Positions 13,940 through 25,460 of a stretch of DNA of 64,000 bases are shown piece by piece. Origin of the DNA: Ylistrum balloti (Eukaryota); NCBI RefSeq assembly GCF_031769215.1, contig NW_026782205.1:868001-932000 (forward strand). The letters run 5' to 3'. Position 1 is the first letter of the stretch. Each line of letters opens with the position of its first letter. A program made the translations under genes and the position numbers. A model generated the notes under the pieces. The model did no database searches. It saw only the letters and a program-made list of their open reading frames with translations, and was not told the DNA's origin.

Positions 13940-14500
13940 CAAACTCCGTCTAACGACCACTGTGTGTGATACTGGTGTTGACAACGTGGAATGACAGGGA
14001 CAATACTACGATTAACCAGGCTGTATAGACAGTAGGTAATCAAACCTGTCTACAATGATCAAAATGTACACTGATACCTGTCTATAGCGACCATCAAAGT
14101 TAGAGATATTATCCACGTCATTATCTATCATAAACAACCATTACAATGATGAGTTAATAATCATACCTGTCTTCAGCGACCATACTATTGAGTATTATAT
14201 GAAGAAATACCTGTTAATAACAAACACCACGATGTAGAATGCAGTAACACAGATCTACAGTGAACATGATATTGATTGACAGGTAGTCAAACTATCAACA
14301 GCGATTATGTTGATCAGAACCTGTGAAAAGCGACCACATCAAGGAGTATCATGTACTCATACGTCTACAGTGACCGTGTTGACGAGAATACTATGCATTG
14401 ATACATATTAAAACCAACCATACCTATGAGGATTGTGTCTTCATAACGACCATACTTGTGAGGATGATGTTGTCATAACGACCATACCTTTGAATGAGGA
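13940..14500. repeat. Degenerate repeat cluster (ACCTGTCT..AGCGACCA motif)
   Basis: Recurrent ACCTGTC(TA/TT)..CGACCA(C/T) motifs at irregular 35-70 bp spacing. Old, probably transposon-derived. Confidence 0.5.
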
Positions 14501-15477
14501 TTGTGAGGTCACGCCTGGAACCTTTCAATAATCATCACCATAGTGTTTTTTTAAGATAATTTCTATATAGAACAATATATATTATGGATTATTTAATGTT
14601 TACATTAAACTAGATGGTAGTCGAAGAATATAAAGAGTAAACAATTCAAAATACGGGGAAATAATTAAAACTAATAGTGTTATGCTTCTATTACTTCAAA
14701 AGGGAGAGAAGGGAATGTTCTCACCCAAGTGGGAGTGTATCCGCAACTTTAACAGCTCACCTTTAAACACTTAGAATAAAAGACATTAAATTTGAAACAA
14801 AATATGATGTAAGATGTTAATTATGTTGACGTTTTAAAGAAAATTAAAAACGACTCGTCAAAAGCAATTTTAAAGAGAAACATTACCAAGTTGAGCAGCT
14901 ACTGTGTTCTACTTTAGCTGGCGCGGAGAATGACAGATTAAGGCAAGTCACGTTAAAAGCTCATGACACTGGTGGTTGTAATGGGTAAAAATCGTCTGGC
15001 ATTGACGAGATCGGGATGTGGCATGGTTAACCTCACGGTACAATATCAATACATCATAAACGACTTAACATGTTCGTTTGTTGTTGTTTTTTATAGATAA
15101 TTCTGTAATGTATTGTCATGTTAGCGACCCAGGCTGAGGAGTGTTTTACTTTATAGACTACAAACCACCTTACATTCGAAGCCATTCATTGTTGCCGTGT
15201 TTGATCTTGTACAGAGCGCCAAATATAATAGTTTAGAGAACAGTTGTGGATTTCAATTTTCAGTGAAAAACCGTTAAAACGCGACATTTGTGTGTGTACG
15301 TTTGCTTTATAATGCGCCCCTGCTGTCGCCTTACATGAGTTTTGTAGCATTTCAAGAAGACACTTATTTGTGCTATCAAACATTTCTAAAAAGAAGTTGG
15401 CAGCGCAGGGAAATTATTGTCCATTTCATCGACAGGAAAAGGGAGCAAAAAAAGACACAGTTTCATATAAAAACGAT

Positions 15478-15483
15478 TTTATT
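15478..15483 (-). promoter_or_regulatory. Putative polyadenylation signal of the lipase gene
   Basis: AATAAA on the minus strand about 135 nt after the stop codon, followed by a T/GT-rich stretch (CTGTGTCTTTTTTTG). Confidence 0.55.
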
Positions 15484-15618
15484 TCAGAAAACAACCATAT
15501 CGCCATGTTTGAATACGGAAGACGACAATCCTAACAGCCCAGTCGGCCGAGAGTTGGGCCTACCACAGAGAGGTCAATAACTAAAACAACTCTTTGTTGT
15601 GCCCTATTACAGAGGATA

Positions 15619-17127
15619 CTAACACCCCCAGAGCGAGGACAAGGTGAGGCTGCCATCAGGATGAACGCCGTCTTCGTGTGCACAGAATTTTATTCTATCG
15701 TTTGAGTTATCTGTAGGCCCGATAATGACGCTATGCAGTCGAATTTCATGAGCCGTGTGTGACGTATGCTGGTTGTGTCTTGGTTCCTGATACTTCACGC
15801 GCAGTGACGTCACGTGGCCAACATCGATGTTTATACCTATAACGTGTTTCTCCACCTGGTCATGCCGGAAATACTCGTTACGCGGGGAAAATTTTATTTC
15901 TTCGGATTTCCCGTTTTCACCCATCAGAGTCACTAAAAGTTCTCCATATGAAGTACTTGCGAAATGAGACACGTGTATCTCCACATAGTACTCACGCGCA
16001 CAGAAGGGTTTAGACGAGGCCGTACTGAGGTAAAAGGAACCCCGTTCGAGGGATCGGTCGGCATCGTAGCCCATTACAGGGCAACCACTTGCGGGGCAGC
16101 CCATGCACGCGCCGTTGTCGAACTCAGACGCTGATGAGCACGCATGTCCGTAAAACTTACAGAAGGAATTGACTGATTCAATATATAGGTCAACAGCACG
16201 ATGGTGACTACATGTAACGGAGTTAGTGGCTCCACCTACGGATCCGTGCAGTATGCTGTTTATGGCACTGATTATGGGTTTCTCGTCACATCCGGGCTGA
16301 TGTTGGCCCCTGTTTGGATAAAAATCCATATGGCCGATCGGGCTCAGCAAGCCGTAGCCTGATAAGAGTTTAAACTTTGACCCATCGGTATGGATAATGT
16401 CCACCAAAGTTGCATCAGTTTGGTCAAGTCGTCTATCTGCGCTTTTGTCACGAAAGTCTGGCTCGGCAGGGTCCAGTCCGGAAATACGACCAATCCCTTT
16501 GACCCGGTACCCAATATGTCCAGCGACCTGGGCCCCAAGGCTGTGGCCGATAATGTGTACCCGACCGTAGTTGAGCGATTGGTTTTCGTGAAGATATGTC
16601 AGTACCTTAGCCACTTCCGCCCCAATCAAAAACGAGTTACCCACAGCAAGGTTATATTGCTGATTACTTCCGCTTTTCCAGTCCACCACGATCACGTTGA
16701 AGTCCCCTTTCCGAAGGAGCTCTCTTGTCAGTTCTATGATCCAAGAACTAGTTCCGGAATCCAGATATCCATGTATAATGAATTTAGTGTGTTTGGTGGT
16801 ATTCAACACTGTAGAAAATTGACTAATATCACTGGCGAATTTGTCTACCGCAAAGCTCGTGATCGGACTGTGCGAGTTCGAACGCGTGAACAGTTTCAGA
16901 TGTGTGTTGACAGTGGTTGGTTTTTGCGGAACAGGGACGACTCCATCCGAAACAAAACATCCAAACTCTGGTAGACATTGGGTTTGACTCGAGATATCTT
17001 TCCCGGTCACAGACAAAGCACAAGAAACAAACACTAGCATCAACATGGCCAAAACTGGTCCTGGAAATAGCCGACAACACAACATTGGACTTCGTGCCAA
17101 TATACTGACTAAGTCATCACTACACAT
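15619..17127 (-). CDS. Pancreatic lipase-related protein (triacylglycerol lipase family, alpha/beta-hydrolase plus C-terminal PLAT domain), single coding exon
   Basis: Uninterrupted ORF. Signal peptide MLMLVFVSCALSVTG; N-terminal CLPEFGCF; oxyanion IIHGY; VIVVDW; nucleophile GHSLG (Ser codon 16540-16542); RISGLDPAEP (catalytic Asp); GHMDFYPN; Cys-bounded lid PGC...TCSH (catalytic His); then a PLAT-like beta domain ending in Cys. The track start 17232 is GTG. In-frame ATGs are at 17127, 17085 and 17046 (GCCATG, giving 475 aa). Confidence 0.93.
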   Translation of the reverse strand: MCSDDLVSILARSPMLCCRLFPGPVLAMLMLVFVSCALSVTGKDISSQTQCLPEFGCFVSDGVVPVPQKPTTVNTHLKLFTRSNSHSPITSFAVDKFASDISQFSTVLNTTKHTKFIIHGYLDSGTSSWIIELTRELLRKGDFNVIVVDWKSGSNQQYNLAVGNSFLIGAEVAKVLTYLHENQSLNYGRVHIIGHSLGAQVAGHIGYRVKGIGRISGLDPAEPDFRDKSADRRLDQTDATLVDIIHTDGSKFKLLSGYGLLSPIGHMDFYPNRGQHQPGCDEKPIISAINSILHGSVGGATNSVTCSHHRAVDLYIESVNSFCKFYGHACSSASEFDNGACMGCPASGCPVMGYDADRSLERGSFYLSTASSKPFCAREYYVEIHVSHFASTSYGELLVTLMGENGKSEEIKFSPRNEYFRHDQVEKHVIGINIDVGHVTSLRVKYQEPRHNQHTSHTAHEIRLHSVIIGPTDNSNDRIKFCAHEDGVHPDGSLTLSSLWGC

Positions 17128-17141
17128 TACCAGCTTTGGTA

Positions 17142-17506
17142 CTGAAATGTCCAATCTGTATGTGTTCAGGTATCTTCTGTCGATATCCAATTCTAGTCCT
17201 GAATATTTCTTCCGTAAATAGTAACTTTTCACCGAGCTGAGCGAAATAATGTGTTGTCGTCACTAATGCTATAATTTACACTTTCAGCTAGAGAACTCTA
17301 CACCAGTGTAGCTGGGTACTTTCCATCAATCTCTAATTAAAACTGCTTTCGACTCTTTTTCCAGATCCTCGTCAACAGTTCTGTACAGTTGGTTATTTCC
17401 GGGTGTTCTTTTATTAATTATGCTCCATACTGTTGCCAGCCGTCTCTAACTATTTCCGGGTGTCATTTAAACACAATATTTCCCTGAACTTAAGAATAAA
17501 ACTTAC
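17142..17506 (-). other. Putative 5'-UTR intron of the lipase gene
   Basis: Minus-strand donor GAA|GTAAGT at 17506 and acceptor CATTTCAG| at 17142, 14 nt before the first ATG. Inferred from splice motifs only. Confidence 0.4.
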
Positions 17507-18089
17507 TTCGAAATTTCTCGAACTGTTTTACAAGATCCGGGCATGTGACGATGTGCCCTGAGGTACCATTACCACCTGGTATGGTTTTACTTCTCTTGAT
17601 CGTAAATGTGATTAAGTTCCGGATAGAATTGACCAGTTGGTTTTTCACTAGGTAGCATTGTTGTCGTTAGGTCACGAGGACAGCTACAGACATATTATTC
17701 TGATATTTTGTAAGGAAACACGTCCGAAGTATCACAGACATTCGTTTTCTGCTAGCTTCAATGGTCCAACGTGTTGATAAATGTTACGGTGAGTCTGTCA
17801 GGTGACACTCTGTACGTACATATGATAGACACCTGGATACACTTGTCCGGTATACGCCAGGGGCATGTGTGCTACCCGGACGAGGTCGTGTGCCCTGAGG
17901 ACCAGAAAGTGGCATTCTGCGCGATGTTTGTATATCAATCTGTACGGTCACCGACACCTCTGGGAAATATCACATCAATAACACCTCAAATGGCTGACAT
18001 CTATAGCTTAATATGTCCGTAACTATAAAGAGTATATGTACTCTCATAATAATATAATCTCATAAAAGTCGATTTGGCAACGCTTTGTT

Positions 18090-19560
18090 TTAAATCTGGT
18101 CATACATGTTCGAGATTTTATGGGCCCCTTTGTCCCTGTTTAGTACCGGCATGTTCAGATGGCTTCTTTGACCTGACACTTGAAAAGAGTCTTATCCCAC
18201 CTACTACTCCTGTCAATTAAGTGAATGCAGAGTTGTTCGTTCCACTCTGCTCTGCCTTTTGGGGTTTCCATGCTTTTCCGCTGTTTATCGAGTCGGACCC
18301 CAAAACTATTTCCAGTTTCTCCTACCTAAGATGCGTCGAAATTCTTGTACCCGATCTCGTATACTCAATTCGAGAATCTTAGCTTGTTTTATCCTCAAGA
18401 TGGACAAAGGTATTACAGAGCGATTTGTGAGATTCCATGGGTGTTGTAATGTAATGGCCGCGGTATATTATCTGAATGGTTTCTGATAACTTTTTCATGT
18501 AGGGAATGACTACTTGTCCTTTCATTTTAGCATCTTTTTCGTTTATTTTCATTTTTCTTTTTTACTGGTCTTCTTGTTTTTTTTGTTTTTTGTTTTGTTT
18601 CCTTTTATCAAGTTCTTTGACAACCTTCTGAAAAAAACCCAGTGTACATCTATTGAGCACAGTTCGTACACCACCCAACTTCTGTTCTAAGGGTTGGCGA
18701 GTCTGAACTTTGAGGTATTAGTCTGTGTGTGTTTCTCCATTAACCAATACTTTGACTGTGCATCCTACTTTTTCTACCAAGGAGGGTGTCAAGGAAGGGC
18801 TATTGACTTATACTTTCCGCATATGAATTTGATTCTGTTGGCGGTATCTGTGATATTGATATGCGCAGTTAAATCCCGTGACTCTTTCTTGACTATCTCT
18901 GATATACATGGCGTTTCCTTAGGCTAGGTTTGTACTCTAACATTGGCTATAAATTCTTTCTCCACATGTTCTATAAACAAGTTGGTAGCAATTGGAGACA
19001 CTGGGCTGCTCAATGCCAGTCAAAAGTGTTGCTCAGAGATGATATTATGAAAATTGAAATTTGTTTTAAATGCATTGAAATTTGTTTTAAATACTTATTC
19101 AAGAAAATCCATAAAATACGTATGTATTTCATGTGGGATTTGGTGCTTTTTCGCGAAAATCTATCTAGCTGTAAACGACTGCAAATGACACCAAGTGCTT
19201 AGTCAGTGGGGTAGTCGATAAACACACAGAACATCTTGTGATACGAGTTCCTCATCATTTTGAATCTGGACAGTGGACATAAATTCTGTCAGATCTGCTG
19301 AGTTTTTCACGTGCCCATTAAAGAGTCTTTGAATGTTCGTTAGCTATTTAGAGACATAGTCACCGTTAGAACCGTTGTAGTCCACGATCGGCGGCAATAA
19401 GTTCTCTAAAGCTCTGTTTCTTAATTACCATCGAACACTGTATACCTGAGTACTCTTTACATTTGTCACTGGTCATTTGATGTAGGTGACAGAAGAGTCA
19501 TCATAACGTCACACATTCTTCTTCTATCCTATTGTCGTAACCATTCTGAAGAGAATACTT
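18090..19560 (-). mobile_element. Decayed Penelope-like retroelement pol (reverse transcriptase plus GIY-YIG endonuclease), pseudogenised
   Basis: Manual minus-strand translation across stops and frameshifts gives PLE motifs in the expected order: LPPIVDYNGS (~19390); HVKNSADL...DEELVSQDV (~19310-19230); ALSSPVSPIATNLFIEHVEKE (~19010); IKF...PFLDTL (~18790); VKVLV..ETHTD*YL...QPLEQKLG..RTVLNRC (~18750-18645); GQVVIPYMKKLSE (~18505); HKSLCNTFVHLEDK; VYEIGYKNFDAS*VGETGNSFGVRL (GIY-YIG, ~18364-18295); QVKEAI*...LNRDKGAHKISNMYDQI* (ends 18090). Confidence 0.88.
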
Positions 19561-21788
19561 AGAGATACAACAAACCCCCTACGAACAGGGCAAGTGACAA
19601 GTTTAAAAAAAATAATAAGAGTCATATGTTGGTGATGTAGATTGTACTGATGTCATTGACGTTTTGGTCGAAAAAATGAATTATCAAGATTGTTTCAGGG
19701 GTTTACATGTTTGGTTTTTATCAAATTTAGAAAAAGCACACAATCTAACAAGCTAACCACGAACCTCTGTCTACATTACATATAAATGTTTTGAAAGACA
19801 GCCTGAACTTTATATCCTCATAGAATCCCAGTATGATACGAGGGTGTCCTTGATGACGAGCGTGACACCGATGATGATGTTTGCAGCTCTTTAAGAAGAC
19901 AATTATTTTGGTTTCATCAAACATTTCTAAAGAATAACGGAACAATACGTCGGAAACAAAAGAGAATATTAATGTATTTCCACATGCACAGCGAGACTAA
20001 TAAACGCACATCCCCAATATAAAGCCGTTTGTTAACGACAACACCATTTCATTACCTTTTCGCTTTCAGTATTTTAGATATTTTTATCCGACCGGAGAAA
20101 CATTAAGTTGTGATATCAACAACCAACTCTGGCGCACCAATATATCTCTTTTCAATTAAGGTGTCTCTCGATGACTGGCAAACACTGTTTTAACGTCACT
20201 CGTGCGCTTTATTTGTTGCTGTCGCGTGGTGTAAGGTTCGGTAAGGTTGTAATATGTGAAATGCATGCTTACATACATTATAGTAACATTAACGCTACAT
20301 GCAAACTACCATGTACAAAGCTCTGTGTGATAACTGAGTATAATACACATCTACATAATTGTCCACTTCGTTTTTGAAGGTTTTATCAGGTGTCAGGATC
20401 ACTTTTTCGCATGCCGGTCTGTTATGGCCATACCTAAAATATCATGGCGGTATTTCCGTTTATAACGGTTTAATCTGTTACTGTCCTGCACATGGGATTG
20501 GCTTGCTCTCTGACGGAACACTCCCCGACAAACGGAGACGGATGACCGAGTCGACAAAAGTAGAATTGTTTTCCAGATATAGCGGCCTCGGAACTACAAC
20601 CTAATACCTTAAAGACCATGTGCAGAGGATGAGATCGATTAATTGATATAGAACATAGTCATTGATCAATCGTCAAATAAACTCGAGTTATTACCACTAG
20701 GCAGTGATCCATCTTGTCGACTGGACAGTCCGAATTGTCTGGGCTCAGGTCAGGTCCATTGATGTCCTCATTTACATTCGGGGACACTACAAGGGGTCAG
20801 CTAGGGCCATCGATTTGACCGTATGGGGTCGGTAGTGTAAGTAGAATGTCGTGTTTCGCCACAGTCTGTAGTAATGACAAGGGAAATATATTCTATATAA
20901 TCAAAGGATATAACCTTAAATTAAATATTGATCGTAAAATGAAATAATTAGAGATTCGGTCACAGATATGCCATCTCGTTAATGTTGTTTGGATACGATT
21001 ACAACCAACATGGACATCTTTAAACCGACATTAACCGAGCAGTATTTGTTGAACTATCTGGTGTACAAACGTGACAAGATAAAGGAGGTAGAATTCATCA
21101 AAAGTGATTTTGTAAATGTAGTATTTGTGAAGCAGCATGAACTTCTTTAACTCCCCAAATATACGCATCATTTGGCAAATTTACGAGATTCAGAAAATTT
21201 TCACTTGGTAATTGTGCAAATGTAGATTAAAACATACTTAAGCAGAGTGGTATTTATCAAGAAACACCTTGTGTGGATATCACAACAAATAAATAGTAAT
21301 AAAAGTGGGTTTCAGTTAAAATACAAAACCGATGTTATAGGAAGTTCCGGAGACCGTCACGGGAAAACCATGATACCAATCTGCATACTCATACAGATGT
21401 AGCAGACGCGTTGTGTTGGGCACTTTTCGTGGCAGCATATCACAGGTATAGTCGTTTGAGGACTGTCTGTGTAGTCTAAATAGGACGTATATGTGTTTAC
21501 AGTAAACACCGAACTCTCAGGGAAATGTCTAAAAGATAATCAGACTTCGGTTCGGCAAAGATCGTAAATGGAGGCATGTTTATAAGAAGTGAATGCCAGC
21601 ATCTTTTGTACCAGCTCACGATATTGTCTAGAGTATTTCTCAGATAAGTTAATTTTTACGATATCGATATCATTAAATTATTTTTTTCTAAGCTTCTTTG
21701 GAAACATAGAAAGCGGGTTCGATCTGTCCACATATTTGCTACAGTAAACGTCATGTTACGCGTTCTCTTTAAAATATAGCACTAGTTG

Positions 21789-23835
21789 TACCAAAGGTGA
21801 TGTAAATATGCTGTTAGAGTGAGCATCACCCTGATCAAATACTTACCTACCATAGGTGATGTAAATATGCTGTTAGAGTGAGCATCACCCTGATCAAATC
21901 CTTACCTACCATAGGTGATGTAAATATGCTGTTAGAGTGAGCATCACTCACCCTGATCAAATACTTACCTACCATAGGTGATGTAAATTTGTTGTTAGAG
22001 TGAGTATCACTCACCCTGATCAAATACTTACCTACCATAGGTGATGTAAATATGTTGTTAGAGTGGGCATCACCCTGATCAAATACTTACCTTCCATAGG
22101 TGATGTAAATATATTGTTAGAGTGAGTATCACTCACCCTGATCAAATACTTACCTACCATAGGTGATGTAAATATGTTGTTAGAGTGAGCATCACTCACT
22201 CTGATCAAATACTTACCTACCATAGGTGATGTAAATATGTTGTTAGAGTGAGCATCACCCTGATCAAATACTTACCTACCATAGGTGATGTAAATATGTT
22301 GTTAGAATGAGTATCACTCACCCTGATCAAATACTTACCTACCATAGGTGACGTAAATTTGTTGTTAGAGTGAGTATCACTCACCCTGATCAAATACTTA
22401 CCTACCATAGGTGATGTAAATATATTGTAAGAGTGAGTATCACTCACCCTGATCAAATACTTACCTACCATAGGTGATGTAAATATGTTGTTAGAGTGAG
22501 TATCACTCACCCTGATCAAATACTTACCTACCATAGGTGATGTAAATATGTTGTTAGAGTGAGATCACTCACCCTGATCAAATACTTATACTTACCTTCC
22601 ATAGGTGATGTAAATATATTGTTAGAGTGAGTATCACTCACCCTGATCAAATACTTACCTACCATAGGTGATGTAAATATGTTGTTAGAGTGAGTATCAC
22701 TCACCCTGATCAAATACTTACCTACCATAGGTGATGTAAATTTGTTGTTAGAGTGGGCATCACCCTGATCAAATACTTACCTACCATAGGTGATGTAAAT
22801 ATGTTGTTAGAGTGAGTATCACTCACCCTGATCAAATACTTACCTACCATAGGTGATGTAAATATGTTGTTAGAGTGAGCATCACTCACCCTGATAAAAT
22901 ACTTACCTACCATAGGTGATGTAAATATGTTGTTAGAGTTAGTATCACTCACCCTGATCAAATACTTACCTACCATAGGTGATGTAAATATGTTGTTAGA
23001 GTGAGTATCACCCTGATCAAATCCTTACCTACCATAGGTGATGTAAATATGTTGTTAGAGTGAGTATCACTCTACCTGATCAAATACTTACCTACCATAG
23101 GTGATGTAAATATGTTGTTAGAGTGAGCATCACCCTGATCAAATACTTACCTACCATAGGTGATGTAAATATGTTGTTAGAGTGAGTATCACTCACCCTG
23201 ATCAAATACTTACATACCATAGGTGATGTAAATATGTTGTGAGTATCACTCACCCTGATCAAATACTTACCTACCATAGGTGATGTAAATATGTTGTAAG
23301 AGTGAGCATCACTCACCCTGATCAAATACTTACCTACCATAGGTGATGTAAATATGTTGTTAGAGTGAGTATCACTCACCCTGATCAAATACTTACCTAC
23401 CATAGGTGATGTAAATATATTGTAAGAGTGAGTATCACTCACCCTGATCAAATACTTACCTACCATAGGTGATGTAAATTTGTTGTTAGAGTGAGTATCA
23501 CTCACCCTGATCAAATACTTACCTACCATAGGTGATGTAAATTTGTTGTTAGAGTGGGCATCACCCTGATCAAATACTTACCTACCATAGGTGATGTAAA
23601 TATGTTGTTAGAGTGAGTATCACTCACCCTGATCAAATACTTACTTACCATAGGTGATGTAAATATGCTGTTAGAGTGAGCATCACTCACTCTAATCAAA
23701 TACTTACCTACCATAGGTGATGTAAATATGTTGTTAGAGTGAGCATCACCCTGATCAAATCCTTACCTACCATAGGTGATGTAAATATGTTGTTAGAGTG
23801 AGCATCACCCTGATCAAATACTACCATAGGTGATG
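21789..23835. repeat. 63-bp (variant 59-bp) tandem satellite, about 33 copies
   Basis: Unit TACCATAGGTGATGTAAATATGTTGTTAGAGTGAGTATCACTCACCCTGATCAAATACTTACC. Explains the MVGKYLIRVSDTHSNNIFTSP ORFs. Confidence 0.97.
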
Positions 23836-23917
23836 CTCAGAAAACAGTGGTCCAGGATCCCTAGCGGAGATATTATGGAAAATACGTTCTTTTTGTTTAG
23901 TTATAGGAATAATGCTT

Positions 23918-24352
23918 ATAACAAATGTTACTGTTTCTGTCAGGACGTTGATATATCAGATGCCACAATTTCTGACAGGACGTGTATACAACAAATGTTA
24001 CTATTTCTGTCAAAAGGGCCCTATAACAAATGTTACTATTTCTGTCTGGACGTTGATATAACAAATGTTATTTTTAACAGGACGTTGATAAATCAGATGT
24101 CACAATTTCTGTCAGGACGTGTATACAACAAATGTTACTATTTCTGTCAAAAGGGCCCTATAACAAATGTTACTATTTCTGTCAGGACGTTGATATAACA
24201 AATGTTACTATTTTTAACAGGACGTTGATAAATCAGATGTCACAATTTCTGTCAGGACGTGTATACAACAAATGTTACTATTTCTGTCAAAAGGGCCCTA
24301 TAACAAATGTTACTATTTCTGTCAGGACGTGGATATACCAAATGTTACTTTT
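23918..24352. repeat. About 35-bp subunit repeat with a ~137-140-bp higher-order period
   Basis: AACAAATGTTACTATTTCTGTC subunits. The block GTATACAACAAATG...AAAAGGGCCC recurs at about 23984, 24121 and 24261. Confidence 0.85.
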
Positions 24353-24394
24353 TCTATCAAATTGTTCCTTGATTTCTATTTCTGCCAGAGTGTT

Positions 24395-25460
24395 AATAAG
24401 ACAAGTGTTACTTTATTTGTCAGGGCGTTAATAAGACAAATGTTCCTATATTTGTCTGGGCGTTAATAAGACAAGTGTTCCTACATTTGTCTGGTCGTTA
24501 ATAAGACAAGTGTTCCTATACTTTTCTGGTCGTTAATAAGACAAATGTTCCTATATTTGTCAGGGCGTTAATAAGACAAATGTTCCTATATTTGTCTGGG
24601 CGTTAATAAGACAAGTGTTCCTATATTTGTCTGGTCGTTAATAAGACAAGTGTTCCTATACTTTTCTGGTCGTTAATAAGACAAATGTTCCTATATTTGT
24701 CAGGGCGTTAATAAGACAAGTGTTGCTATATTTGTCTGGGCGTTAATAAGACAAGTGTTCCTATATTTGCCTGGGCGTTAATAAGACAAGTGTTCCTATA
24801 TTTGTCAGGGCGTTAATCAGACAAGTTTTACTTTATTTGTCAGGTCGTTAATCAGACAAGTGTTACTTTATTTGTCAGGGCGTTAATAAGACAAGTGTTC
24901 CTATATTTGCCTGGGCGTTAATAAGACAAGTGTTCCTATATTTGTCAGGGCGTTAATCAGACAAGTTTTACTTTATTTGTCAGGTCGTTAATCAGACAAG
25001 TGTTACTTTATTTGTCAGGGCGTTAATAAGACAAGTGTTGCTATATTTGTCTGGTCGTTAATAAGACAAGTGTTCCTATATTTGTCAGGTCGCTAATAAG
25101 ACAATTGTTCCTATATTTGTCTGGTCGTTAATAATGTTCCTATATTTGTCTGGTCGTTAATAAGACAAGTGTTCCTATATTTGTCTGGTCGTTAATAAGA
25201 CAAGTGTTCCTATATTTGTCAGGTCGTTTATAAGACAAGTGTTCCTATATTTGTCAGGGCGTTAATAAGACAAGTGTTCCTATATTTGTCTGGTCGTCAA
25301 TAAGACAAGTGTTCCTATATTTGTCTGTTCGTTAATAATGTTCCTATGTTTGTCAGGGCGTTAATTAGAAAAGTGTTCCTATATTTGTCTGGTCGTTAAT
25401 AATGTTCCTATATTTGTCAGGGCGTTAATCAGAAAAGTGTTCCTATATTTATTAGGGCGT
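24395..25460. repeat. 35-bp tandem minisatellite, about 30 copies
   Basis: Unit ATAAGACAAGTGTTCCTATATTTGTC(A/T)GG(G/T)CGTTA. Confidence 0.95.

Noticed and set aside
16344-17108. Overlapping ORFs 16390-16974 (+), 16344-16538, 16829-17080 and 16917-17108
   Set aside because: Antisense or alternative-frame shadows of the lipase CDS.
17895-17915. CTGAGGA-cca-GAAA hammerhead-like motif
   Set aside because: No stem II possible, and no valid stem III or stem I.
19446-19546. Exon-like segment with a lectin-like EEECVTL peptide
   Set aside because: It has stops in all frames and lies within the Penelope-like RT remnant.
21847-24466. MVGKYLIRV... and CYYFC... repeat ORFs
   Set aside because: Translations of satellites, repeatedly broken by 4-bp indels.
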